This document shows, in pieces, positions 63,249 through 64,000 of a stretch of 64,000 bases of DNA. Source of the stretch: Haliotis cracherodii. Its lineage: Eukaryota. The notes under the pieces are model-generated. The model was not told where the DNA came from, made no database searches, and worked only from the letters and a program-made list of their open reading frames with translations. The translations under genes were made by a program, and so were the position numbers. Location: positions 310,001-374,000 of the forward strand of contig NW_027266300.1 in assembly GCF_022045235.1 (NCBI RefSeq), in the 5' to 3' direction. The first letter of the stretch is position 1. Each line of letters starts with the position of its first letter.

Positions 63249-64000
63249 CTGCAACCCAGAATACCATCAGAACCCCTCTCACTGCAACCCAAGAACACCA
63301 TCAGAACCCCTCTCACTACAACCCCAGAACACCATCAGAACCCCTCTCACTGCAACCCCAGAACACCATCAGAACCCCTCTCACTGCAGCACAGGACACC
63401 ATCAGAACCCCTCTCACTGCAACCCAGAGCACCATCAGAACCCCTCTCACTGCAACCCAGGACACCATCAGACCCAGAACACCATCAGAACCCCTCTCAC
63501 TGCAAATCCAAACACCATCACTACAACCCCACCCCCTGCAACCCCAAAACACCATCAGAACCCCTCTCACTGCAGCACAGGACACCATCAGAACCCCTCT
63601 CACTGCAGCACAGGACACCATCAGAACCCCTCTCACTGCAACCCCAGAGCACCATCAGAACCCTTCTCACTGCAACCCCAGAGCACCATCAGAACCCCTC
63701 TCACTGCAGCACAGGACACCATCAGAACCCCTCTCACTACAACCCCAGAACACCATCAGAACCCCTCTCACTGCAACCCCAGATCACCATCAGACCTAGA
63801 ACACCATCAGAACCCCTCTCACTGCAACCCCAAACACCATCACTACAACCCCACCCCCTACAACCCCAGAACACCATCAGAACCCCTCTCACTGCAACCC
63901 AGAACACCACCAGGACCCCTCTCACTGCAACCCCAGATCACCATCAGAACCCCTCTCACTGCAACCCCAAACACCATCACTACAACCCCACCCCCTGCAA
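63249..64000. repeat. About 33-bp minisatellite abutting the EF-hand exon acceptor
   Basis: Unit CTGCAACCCCAGAACACCATCAGAACCCCTCTCA; runs to the window end. Confidence 0.93.

Overview
Repeat-rich animal genomic DNA. It is probably a mollusc, possibly a gastropod; this is inferred from the gene and SINE types and cannot be proven here. (1) Positions 1-13435 hold a decayed Polinton/Maverick (adintovirus-like) endogenous virus. It has remnants of a minor capsid, major capsid, A32-like packaging ATPase, protein-primed DNA polymerase B and rve integrase, an ACTACT right terminus, and a matching inverted repeat at the window start. A SINE, a Penelope-like fragment, a LINE (itself carrying a SINE and a near-intact Tc1) and a second, deleted Tc1 are nested inside it. 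(2) Three spliced host genes can be built with GT-AG junctions in consistent phase: a secreted AA15-like LPMO (minus strand, 3 exons, 345 aa), an SLC46-family MFS transporter (plus strand, 4 coding exons, 517 aa), and the last two exons of an EF-hand protein ending in a CaaX motif (minus strand). (3) The rest is LINE fragments, tRNA-SINEs with target-site duplications (TSDs), three 107-bp MITEs with CTG TSDs, a minimal hammerhead ribozyme, a 147-N gap and more than 12 minisatellites. Several of the minisatellites appear to be amplified splice sites.
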